Of a stretch of 64,000 nucleotides of DNA, positions 17,999-26,573 are shown piece by piece. Source of the DNA: Candidatus Babeliales bacterium (GTDB lineage Bacteria; Babelota; Babeliae; Babelales; JACPOV01); assembly GCA_050250855.1 (NCBI GenBank), contig JBFWNW010000004.1:154002-218001 (forward strand). Reading direction: 5' to 3'. Position 1 is the stretch's first letter. Each line of letters opens with the position of its first letter. Under the pieces are notes generated by a model that was not told where the DNA came from, ran no database searches, and saw nothing but the letters and a program-made list of their open reading frames with translations. The translations under genes and the position numbers were made by a program.

Positions 17999-19258
17999 AT
18001 GAAGCGTTTATTGTTAATTCTTAATCTACTTTTTATTTTCTCAATGAGAGCAGATAGTGTAGCAATAATAATTAGTTCGCCGGGAGAGTATTCATATTCT
18101 GATTTAACCATTGATCCAACAGATCTCAATGATTGTGCGATTAGTATTCAAGCAAGTGATGTTATCGTTGATATGAGTAATGGTTTTATTATGCAGCAAG
18201 AAGGAAATCAGATAGGAGGCTTCTGTGGTATTCATATAGCACCAGGTTTAAAAAATATTATCATTAGAAACATAAGCATAAAATTATTGACTGGTATTGG
18301 TATTCAAATCGATGAAGGATGTGAAAACCTTACTATCGAAAATATTATGATTCGTGATTGTTATGCTGGTGGTATTTTATGCGCAGGTTCCATGAGCAAT
18401 GTTATTAAGGAAGCTATAATACATAATTGTTATGTAGCAACATGTACGGGTGCAGATGGAAATCCTGCTTATGGTATTCGTTTAATTCAGTGTAATAATG
18501 TTGTTGTTCAGGATTGTATTTTTAACGGTAATGATGGTGATAGTGTCGCTTCTGGCTTTGGCTTAAGTTTAGAATTGTGTAGTGCATGCAAAGTTCTTAA
18601 TTGCAATGGCAATGATAATGGCGGTAGTATGGCAGGAGTTGGCATTAGCTTATTCCAGACTCAGTGGACATTGGTTGATAATTGCAATATTTTAAATACT
18701 ATAGCTCGTGCAAGTATGAATAGCAAGGCTGTTGGGATTTCTGTAAATCAAGGAACTCATAATATAGTAAGAAATTGTCTTGTTAAACACTCAAACAATT
18801 CACTCGTTAACTCTTATGGCTTTGAAGCTTTTGCAGGCTCTAATAATTTATTTGTAGATTGTGCTACAAAAAATAATAGTGCAGGAGCTTTAGCTGCTGG
18901 TTTTATTTTGTACTCAAGTGAGCTTAGAACTTCTATCAATCATTGTATTTCTCGTGCTAATGATGGCGGTGTTTCCGGAGCAGGCTATGGTATTTATTTA
19001 AATACAGCACAAAACTGTGATATCTGGTATAACCAATTGTTAAATAATACTGGTGCAACAGGATGTGGTCTTTATGATACGGTAACAAATACTACAAATT
19101 TGATAGCAGGTAATACTGCGTTTGGAAGTAGTACTTGTGGTTTTGATGTTACTAGATCGTCAGGATCTTTCCCTGTTGTTGTGGCGCAAGTTGGTGATTT
19201 TACACCTACTTACTCAGTAAGCAAATATTACAACGTTGATTTTAATCCTGGACCATAA
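17999..19258 (+). CDS. Secreted right-handed parallel beta-helix protein (paralog 6)
   Basis: GGAGG RBS; signal peptide; IISSPGEYSY and ASDVIVDMS N-cap; most similar to paralog 2 (PTD...CTGAxGxPA). Confidence 0.8.
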   Translation: MKRLLLILNLLFIFSMRADSVAIIISSPGEYSYSDLTIDPTDLNDCAISIQASDVIVDMSNGFIMQQEGNQIGGFCGIHIAPGLKNIIIRNISIKLLTGIGIQIDEGCENLTIENIMIRDCYAGGILCAGSMSNVIKEAIIHNCYVATCTGADGNPAYGIRLIQCNNVVVQDCIFNGNDGDSVASGFGLSLELCSACKVLNCNGNDNGGSMAGVGISLFQTQWTLVDNCNILNTIARASMNSKAVGISVNQGTHNIVRNCLVKHSNNSLVNSYGFEAFAGSNNLFVDCATKNNSAGALAAGFILYSSELRTSINHCISRANDGGVSGAGYGIYLNTAQNCDIWYNQLLNNTGATGCGLYDTVTNTTNLIAGNTAFGSSTCGFDVTRSSGSFPVVVAQVGDFTPTYSVSKYYNVDFNPGP

Positions 19259-19278
19259 ATTAGGTTTCAAAACTAATT

Positions 19279-19487
19279 GTTCGTATGCTTCGACAAGCTC
19301 AGCACGAACGGAGTTTGTGCTGAGCGCAGCGTTTACTTCTGAGTTTATCGAAGGGTCAGCACGAACGGGCTCAAATAAATTAATTCCGTTCGCCCTGACC
19401 CCTCGTCGGCTTTACAGCTGCTCGGGACTAAAGGCCATTCGAGGGGAGCCTGCCCTGAGCTTGTCGAATGGGTCGAAGGGTGCGAAC
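19279..19487. repeat. Palindromic element, family 1, composite copy B with nested insertions
   Basis: The first ~90 nt closely match copy A (1575-1667). The right unit CCCTGA...TCGAAGGG carries two inserted hairpins. Confidence 0.85.
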
Positions 19488-19571
19488 TCAAATTTAATTT
19501 AACTGCATACTCTCCCTCTTTTGCACAAACTGTGCTATATCTAAATACAATAAAGCAAAGGATGAGAGAGC

Positions 19572-21407
19572 ATGAATTTTTATAAACTGCCACGATATTT
19601 AAAAAAAGCCATTACGTATGGCCCACAAAGAACATTAGCAATTATTGCGGAGCGATCAAAGGCCAAATATTTTGAACGGACAATAAGAAAAAAAGCATTA
19701 TCACATACTGCTGCATCAGTATGGCCTGTTATTGCACAATTATTAGATGCAGAAAAGAAATTTTCTTTATTTTTTAAAGAATTTACCAAAAAAGATCTTT
19801 CATATAAAGACAACTTATTGGCTCAAGATTCTTTGCAAAAAGCTGATGAAGCCGTTTCTGGTTGTTTTGATGTGCTTGGCTCGGGCAAACAATGTTTTAC
19901 AGAAATACCATGGCATGAAGATTTTCGGATAACTGAGGATACTCATTTTAACGCTCAAGCATTTTATAAAGATATCAGCGTGCAGCCCGGTACAACTGAG
20001 CAGCTCGTAAAAGATATTAAAATGCCGTGGGAGCTTTCTCGCTTTCAACATCTTATATTTTTGGGTGATGCTTTTAAAAAAACTCATGATAAAAAATATG
20101 CAGAGGCATTTACTGCACAAATAACTGATTGGCTTGAAAAAAATCCTTATTTGCTTGGCCCAAATTGGGTATGTCCTATGGATGTTGGTATTCGTGCCGT
20201 CAATTGGGTTATAGCATTCACCTATTTTAAAGAGAGTGATATTAATGAAAACTTCTGGCAACAATTTATTTGTTCTTTATATGATCATATGATCTATTTA
20301 GAACATAACTGGGAGGTGTATGATAGCAGAACTTCAAATCATTATCTTTCAGATTTAATTGGTTACTTTTATCTGTGCTGGTTTTTTAAAGGTTATAAAG
20401 GGATAGAAAAAAAAGCTTTATGGTGTTATCAGGAGCTTTTAAAAGAATGTGAAAAGCAAATTCATGATGATGGTTCTGATTATGAAGGCAGTACCTATTA
20501 CCACCGCTTAGTGACAGAAATTTTTTATCATGTTTTTTTATTAGCGCCAGAGTTGGGATTTGCAGTGCCCTCACATTTTGTAACAGTATTACAAAATATG
20601 ATGAGCTTTATTGCCTGGTGTACGCCAAAACAAGGAAAGCTTATTCAAATTGGTGATAATGATGCCGGAAAAATTGTTACCGGCATAGATAATGCATTGG
20701 TGCAGAGCATGGCAGAAAAAACAGAAGGGGTTAAAACATTTGCCTCATATGGTCTTACTGTTTTAAAGAATGATATCATGCATCTGAGTTTGCGTCATCA
20801 TGCCTATAATGCTTTGCAACCATCTGGCCATTTTCATAATGATGTAGGCAGTATTACCTTGGCGCTGAATGGTAATAACATTTTTGTAGATCCTGGCAGT
20901 TATACGTATACGCCATCAGCAATCTGGCGCAATAGATTTCGTTCAGCAACCGTACACAACACCTTTTTTATAGAAGGGCATGAGCCGGTTCCGTTTGATG
21001 AGCATTTATTTTCTTTGCAATTATCAGAGCGTGTGCATGATGGCAATGATTTTTATATGAAGCATGATTTGTATAAAAGATTCGGGTTGCGAGCACACCG
21101 CCGCCTTGAGCATTCTGATAGTGCTATTATGCTTTTTGACCATTGGGAATATACAGGTTTAGTTGATCCAGCACTTGTTGCCTGTTGGAATTTTACGTTG
21201 GCACCGGATATAGAAGTAGTGCATGATGCATCTGCTATAATACTCAAAAAGAATAATGAAACTATTGCGCGCATGCAGTCATCATTGTATTTTGAGATTA
21301 TTGACGGTTGGTATTCACCATCGTATGGCATTAAAATACCGTGCAAGCAATTACGTGCTAAAAAAATTATCGATGAAAAAGAGGTAAAGATTGAGATTAG
21401 TTTTTAA
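19572..21407 (+). CDS. Heparinase II/III family protein
   Basis: DIKMPWELSRFQH, NHYLSDL, EGSTYYHRLV, IGDND, GHFHND, VDPGSYTY, RNRFRSATVHNT and YSPSYG motifs. Confidence 0.9.
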   Translation: MNFYKLPRYLKKAITYGPQRTLAIIAERSKAKYFERTIRKKALSHTAASVWPVIAQLLDAEKKFSLFFKEFTKKDLSYKDNLLAQDSLQKADEAVSGCFDVLGSGKQCFTEIPWHEDFRITEDTHFNAQAFYKDISVQPGTTEQLVKDIKMPWELSRFQHLIFLGDAFKKTHDKKYAEAFTAQITDWLEKNPYLLGPNWVCPMDVGIRAVNWVIAFTYFKESDINENFWQQFICSLYDHMIYLEHNWEVYDSRTSNHYLSDLIGYFYLCWFFKGYKGIEKKALWCYQELLKECEKQIHDDGSDYEGSTYYHRLVTEIFYHVFLLAPELGFAVPSHFVTVLQNMMSFIAWCTPKQGKLIQIGDNDAGKIVTGIDNALVQSMAEKTEGVKTFASYGLTVLKNDIMHLSLRHHAYNALQPSGHFHNDVGSITLALNGNNIFVDPGSYTYTPSAIWRNRFRSATVHNTFFIEGHEPVPFDEHLFSLQLSERVHDGNDFYMKHDLYKRFGLRAHRRLEHSDSAIMLFDHWEYTGLVDPALVACWNFTLAPDIEVVHDASAIILKKNNETIARMQSSLYFEIIDGWYSPSYGIKIPCKQLRAKKIIDEKEVKIEISF

Positions 21408-21474
21408 TAAAATTATTTTTCTATTTATTATTTTACGACATTTTCACTGCGCATTATTTTTGTACATCTCTATA

Positions 21475-21910
21475 TCTCACGACCCCTGTTCGGGGCAGAA
21501 CCAGCCCCTTTTGCTTGTACAAAAGGGCTGGACAAAAATACACCAACATGCTGTTGGATCCGCTTGCTCGCTCAGACATCAACCACTCACTCTTCGGGTT
21601 TTTAACCCTCGATTTCAGGTTGATGATTCGCTACCGGTTTGAATGTATAAAAAATAGTTTAGTGCACCTTGAAAGCTCATCTGTTTGAGAGCTTCTCAGA
21701 TTTCTTGCCCGGCGTAGCTTTAAGCGAAGCCTGGGTAAAAATCTGGAAGCTGAGTTATGAGCGCAGAGAGATACATAAGAGAAGATCTCTTATGTGCCCT
21801 TGTATCAAAGGTATTGGGCACGCAATACCTTTGTGCCATGCACCCGGCATGAGGGTGCCGTGAGATTTTGTACAAGTAAAAGAAGATTCTGCTCGAATAG
21901 GGGTCGTAGA
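21475..21910 (+). ncRNA. Candidate large structured non-coding RNA of unknown family
   Basis: The ends pair (21475-21524 with 21866-21910). At least five internal hairpins. Several mismatches are G-U on the + strand. Lies between convergent genes, with no credible ORF. Confidence 0.6.
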
Positions 21911-21926
21911 TTTAAAAAATTTCTAA

Positions 21927-22553
21927 TTATTTTTTTGAAAATAAAACATTTCCCCATGTTTCATGATGAAAATGTTCAGCAACAACATGAAAGCCATTAT
22001 GTTCAAGAAAACTTTTTAGCTCAGGATAGAGTGTTTGATTTTTATACCGTGCTTCAAGTGTTGCTTCGGTGTAAATGGTATGTACTGTTTTTAAAATTTC
22101 TGGCGCAGCTTTGAGTACTGTCAGTTCCTGCCCTTGCAAGTCGAGCCATAAAAAATCTATTTTTTCTAGTTTATTGTTGCATGCCCAATCATCAAGCGTA
22201 ATAGTTGGCACGGTAATTTCTTGAAAGGTAATAGTTGGTTTTTCTTGTTTTAAGGTTGTTGGTTCAAGCAGAGAACTAACTGCGCCCAATTCTGGGCTTA
22301 CATGCATCGTTGTTGTGCCCGTTTCCGAACTTAGTGCACTATTGAATATAGTTATGGATGGAATGCCAGCAACTGCTTTTTGTAGCTGTTCATATAAATA
22401 AGGAACGGGCTCAAAAGCATAAATATGTGCATGAGGAAATAATGCATGCAATTTGAGGGTATCTCTTCCTTTATGCGCTCCAGCTTCTACTATAATTGCA
22501 TTTTCAGGTACATAGTTTTTGAGCAAAGGACGGTTGAGAGTTTGTTTATTCAT
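21927..22553 (-). CDS. FkbM family SAM-dependent methyltransferase
   Basis: IIVEAGAHKG, YAFEPVP, TLDDW and IDFLWLDLQGQE motifs; likely start 22553 overlapping the topA stop. Confidence 0.9.
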   Translation of the reverse strand: MNKQTLNRPLLKNYVPENAIIVEAGAHKGRDTLKLHALFPHAHIYAFEPVPYLYEQLQKAVAGIPSITIFNSALSSETGTTTMHVSPELGAVSSLLEPTTLKQEKPTITFQEITVPTITLDDWACNNKLEKIDFLWLDLQGQELTVLKAAPEILKTVHTIYTEATLEARYKNQTLYPELKSFLEHNGFHVVAEHFHHETWGNVLFSKK

Positions 22554-24810
22554 CAGCTTCTGGTTGTTTAACTTCTTTCTTGTAGCCGCATTCTTTATTT
22601 GCACAGGTTAAGGTGAGATTCCCATCCTTATCATATTTTTTTACTAAAAATGGTGCTTTGCATTGTGGACATTTTGTCTGTTCAATATCGCCAAAGATGA
22701 CAAATTTGCATTTTGGATAGTTAGCGCAGCCCCAAAAAACTTTGCCCTTCCATTGTTTTTTGGTGACGTCACCTTTATCAAGCGGGCATTTAAAATCAGC
22801 TTTTGTTTGTTGAATATATTTACATTCAGGATAACCGGAACAAGAAATAAATGGTCCAAAGCGTCCTACCATTTGACGCAATTTATGTTTTTTACATTTT
22901 GGACAGATTTCATCAAGAATTTTTGGTCCCTCAGTTTTTATAAGCTTAATAGTGCCATCTTCTTCACGCTTAAAATTACTGGTAAATTTACACTCTGGGT
23001 ATCCTAAGCAGCCAAGGAATGAGCCGGTTTTAGAAATGCGAATGGCGAGCTTATTTTTTTTGCATTTCGGGCATGTAATATCTGTCGGCTCAACATGTTT
23101 TCCTTTTTCTCCTTGAAATGCTTTCAGATCTTTTTGAAAATCTTTATAAAAATCTTTTAAAAGTTTATCCCGTTTTAAATCACCTTTTGCAATCTTATCA
23201 AGATCTTCTTCCATGTGAGCGGTAAACTTAGTATTCATAATTTTAGGTAAATTTTCCGTTAACAGTTTAGTTACGGTCATACCAAGCTCAGTAGGGTGAA
23301 ACTTTTTCTTTTCAAGGGTCGTGTAATCGCGCTTGCGAATGGTATTTAAAATGGTTGCATAGGTACTTGGTCGCCCAATTCCTTCTTTTTCCAGACCTTT
23401 TACTAAAGAAGCTTCAGTATAGCGAGCAGGAGGTTGGGTGAAATGTTGCTTTGTATCAACTTCAGTAAGTTTTACGGGATCTTTTTCTTTTAAATTACTT
23501 GGTATTTTTACTTTTTTCTCTTCTTCTTCATCTTCATCGCTTGCACTATACACTCGCAAATAACCATCAAAAATAAGCGTTGAACCCGTTACGCGGAAGG
23601 TAAAATCGCCACCAACAATGGTTACTTGGCGCTGTGCATATTCTGCTGGATTCATTTGGCATGCAACAAAACGTTTCCAAATAAGCTCATATAATTTTGC
23701 AGCATCAGCAGGAATATATTGCTTGACATAATCAGGGCTTAAGTGCACATCAATAGGACGAATTGCTTCGTGAGCATCCTGAGCCTTGCTTTTTCCTTTT
23801 ACGTAGACTTGTGCGCTTGAAGGTAGATAATCTTTGCCAAAATTAGTATCAATAAATCCACGCGTAGATTTTATTGCCGTATCAGCAATACGCAAAGAGT
23901 CTGTACGCATATAGGTAATTAAGGCAACAGGAGAACTAGAATCTTCTAAAGGAATACCTTCATAAAGATTTTGAGCCAACTGCATTGTTTTTTTCACCGT
24001 AAAGCCAAGTTGATTATAAGCAGCTTGCTGCAGCGTACTGGTCATGAAGGGAGGATAAGGATTTTTTTTGCGTTGTTTATCTTGAATTGAATCAATGAGA
24101 TAGGAAGCTTTTTTTATTTGTTCGGTAATAGATTTTGCTTCTTTTTCATTGTTAATATCAATTTTTTTATTTTTGATTTGTACAAGAGGAGCATCGAATT
24201 TACTTTTTTGATGTGCAAAAAGGCCATCAATAGACCAATATTCTTGTGGCTTGAATGCTCGTATTTCTTCTTCGCGATCGCAAATAAGTTTTAAGGCCAC
24301 CGATTGAACACGTCCAGCAGAAAGTCCTTTTTTTATTTTACGCCATAAAAGAGGAGAGACTTCGTAACCTACCCAGCGGTCAAGAACACGGCGCGCTTGT
24401 TGCGCAGCAACTTTATCAAGGTCAACCGTAGAAGGATGCTCAAGCGCTTCTGTTACTGCTGGTTTGGTAATTTCGTTAAACCAAATGCGGTGTATTTTAT
24501 TTTTTTTGGCTACTTTTTCTATTTCTTGCTCTATATGCCACGCAATAATTTCCCCTTCTCGGTCAGGGTCAGGAGCCAAATAAATTTCATCTGCTTTTTG
24601 TGCTTGTTTGCAGATATCAGCAATAATTTTTTCTTTATTTTCAATGACAACATAATCTAGGGTAATGTCGCCATTTACATGGACCCCCAATGTTCTTTGA
24701 GGGAGATCTTTAATATGTCCCAAGGTAGACATAATAACATAGTCTTTACCGAGGAACTTAGAGATCGTTTTAATTTTAGCAGGAGACTCAACAATTATTA
24801 ATTTTTTCAT
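22546..24810 (-). CDS. topA: DNA topoisomerase I (type IA) with C-terminal Zn ribbons
   Basis: LIIVESPAK, DPDREGE, SAGRVQS, ITYMRTDS, AQDAHEAIRP, GIGRPSTY and repeated C4 zinc ribbons. Confidence 0.98.
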   Translation of the reverse strand: MKKLIIVESPAKIKTISKFLGKDYVIMSTLGHIKDLPQRTLGVHVNGDITLDYVVIENKEKIIADICKQAQKADEIYLAPDPDREGEIIAWHIEQEIEKVAKKNKIHRIWFNEITKPAVTEALEHPSTVDLDKVAAQQARRVLDRWVGYEVSPLLWRKIKKGLSAGRVQSVALKLICDREEEIRAFKPQEYWSIDGLFAHQKSKFDAPLVQIKNKKIDINNEKEAKSITEQIKKASYLIDSIQDKQRKKNPYPPFMTSTLQQAAYNQLGFTVKKTMQLAQNLYEGIPLEDSSSPVALITYMRTDSLRIADTAIKSTRGFIDTNFGKDYLPSSAQVYVKGKSKAQDAHEAIRPIDVHLSPDYVKQYIPADAAKLYELIWKRFVACQMNPAEYAQRQVTIVGGDFTFRVTGSTLIFDGYLRVYSASDEDEEEEKKVKIPSNLKEKDPVKLTEVDTKQHFTQPPARYTEASLVKGLEKEGIGRPSTYATILNTIRKRDYTTLEKKKFHPTELGMTVTKLLTENLPKIMNTKFTAHMEEDLDKIAKGDLKRDKLLKDFYKDFQKDLKAFQGEKGKHVEPTDITCPKCKKNKLAIRISKTGSFLGCLGYPECKFTSNFKREEDGTIKLIKTEGPKILDEICPKCKKHKLRQMVGRFGPFISCSGYPECKYIQQTKADFKCPLDKGDVTKKQWKGKVFWGCANYPKCKFVIFGDIEQTKCPQCKAPFLVKKYDKDGNLTLTCANKECGYKKEVKQPEADE

Positions 24811-25043
24811 AGTTCTCTATTTCTTTGCTTGATTTTCCTATATCCTTTTTATAATTATCTTACCTATACAGTAAGAATGCTAAGATGTAAAACTTCAAGA
24901 TATTCTTTAACTAGGTTAAATAAAAAATTTACAAAAAGTCAAACATGGATAGTTTTTGTTTATAAAAGATTTTTTAAATAATTGCAAGTGCATAGTGCTT
25001 TTTTTTGCTGAAAAATAAGGTTTTTAAATAAAAAGGGATTGCT

Positions 25044-25829
25044 ATGATATCAGGTTTATCGTCATTTAGTTTTTTAGGCAAACAATGGTTAAACTCTCTC
25101 AAATTTTTTTTGCCTAAGAATATTACGCTTTTTTTACTTGTTTCGCTCAATGCAATGTGGCAAGCGTGGAAGATTATAGGTTTTTATTTTTGGTGGATTT
25201 TCCTTATAGAACCAGCAATGGTTTATCTTAATCCTTTTATTTTAACGCTGCATAATTGGGTTGCTGTGAGTTTGTTTATGACCTTTTTTCTACCAGTTGT
25301 CCAACTAGCTATTTTATGTATTATTATTCTAGCTTTACGTCCTTCAGTTGCTTTGAAAAATTATCATTATTTTTCTCACTATACAGGCCATTTTTTGTCA
25401 TATCTTATGGTTATAGGAATTATTTTTTTTATTATGGTAATGGGGACAATTTTTAGTGTAACTCATACCTTTACCGCTTTTTTAAATCCGATGGTGCAGT
25501 GGTTTTTTATTCAATGTAGTATGAGCTTTATGATTTTTTCTGCATTCTTTTGCTTTGATGCGCCGTTAACCCCTGATGTATTGTTAAGTTTTTGGCGTGG
25601 CTTTAAAATGGTATGGTACGGGCTTCCTTTTTGTTTAGTATGTACTATTATTTTTTATAGCTTAGGATCGTTGTGTGCTGGCTTTTTATCATCGGTTGCC
25701 TCTGTTGCTCCAGGATTGATAGCATTCATCTTTTATATAGGTTATTATATACTATTATCCCTTTTGATAGCGGTATTTAATAATTTTTATCTTAAACGTG
25801 CGCATGAAGATTATGATCTTTATTTTTAA
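25044..25829 (+). CDS. Hypothetical multi-pass membrane protein
   Basis: About six hydrophobic segments; heads the plsC-bat-lepB gene run. Confidence 0.7.
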   Translation: MISGLSSFSFLGKQWLNSLKFFLPKNITLFLLVSLNAMWQAWKIIGFYFWWIFLIEPAMVYLNPFILTLHNWVAVSLFMTFFLPVVQLAILCIIILALRPSVALKNYHYFSHYTGHFLSYLMVIGIIFFIMVMGTIFSVTHTFTAFLNPMVQWFFIQCSMSFMIFSAFFCFDAPLTPDVLLSFWRGFKMVWYGLPFCLVCTIIFYSLGSLCAGFLSSVASVAPGLIAFIFYIGYYILLSLLIAVFNNFYLKRAHEDYDLYF

Positions 25830-25853
25830 ATAATTTTTTATGGTGAAATTTTT

Positions 25854-26573
25854 ATGATATTAATGATAGTAAGATCATTGCTTACCTACTGTATTGTAAC
25901 AATAGTTTTTATTATTGCGTTTATTCCCTGCTTTGTTATCGCCTGTTTGCCGGAACGATGGCGCTATGATAATCGTGTATATTATTGGTTTTCCAATCTG
26001 GTTTATTCTGTTGCCGTCTATGGTTCATTGGTGCCAGTTCGCGTGCAAGGACGAGAAAATCTTCCTGAACAGCCTGCGATTATTGTTGCTAACCATCAAT
26101 CTGCATTCGATATTCCTTTACTAGGATTCTTGCTCAAAGGAGCTCCCCACATATGGCTTTTTTTAGTTCGTTATGCAAAAATTCCTGTTTTTGGTTTTAT
26201 TGCACGCCGCATGAATGTCACGGTTGATCATAGCGGTTTACGCAAGCTTGTAGGATCATTAGATAAGGCAGCTGCTATTGTAAAAAGTCATGAAAGCCAT
26301 GTTATTATTTTTCCAGAAGGTGGACGTTTTAATGACGGTGTCGTTCACCGTTTTTTTTATGGTTTTGCAATTTTAGCACATAAAACAAAACGACCAGTCA
26401 TTCCTATAATGATGCGTAATCCAGGGAAAACATATCCACCCGGAGCCTTTTTGATAAGACCGTATCCTATAGATATACTAATAGGGGAACCTTTTACCAT
26501 TCAAGAAGGTGAAACAGAGGAGAGTTTTTTGCAGCGCGTTCATGCATGGTTTGATCAATATTCAGGGAAATGA
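25854..26573 (+). CDS. plsC: Lysophospholipid (1-acyl-sn-glycerol-3-phosphate) acyltransferase family protein
   Basis: NHQSAFD (HX4D) and IFPEGGR motifs. Confidence 0.85.
   Translation: MILMIVRSLLTYCIVTIVFIIAFIPCFVIACLPERWRYDNRVYYWFSNLVYSVAVYGSLVPVRVQGRENLPEQPAIIVANHQSAFDIPLLGFLLKGAPHIWLFLVRYAKIPVFGFIARRMNVTVDHSGLRKLVGSLDKAAAIVKSHESHVIIFPEGGRFNDGVVHRFFYGFAILAHKTKRPVIPIMMRNPGKTYPPGAFLIRPYPIDILIGEPFTIQEGETEESFLQRVHAWFDQYSGK

Noticed and set aside
19236..19593. Short ORFs 19236..19502 and 19345..19593; likewise 21391..22114, 34434..34685 and 35764..36234
   Set aside because: They run through palindromic repeats, tRNAs or the structured element and are likely spurious.
21475..21910. RNase P RNA, tmRNA (including permuted), SRP RNA or retron msr-msd
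   Set aside because: No GAGGAAAGTCC/P4 motif, no T-arm with CCA or Ala-ending tag (the minus-strand GGGGCTGGTTCTG resemblance lacks the rest), no SRP helix-8 motif and no RT gene nearby. Kept as an unknown RNA.
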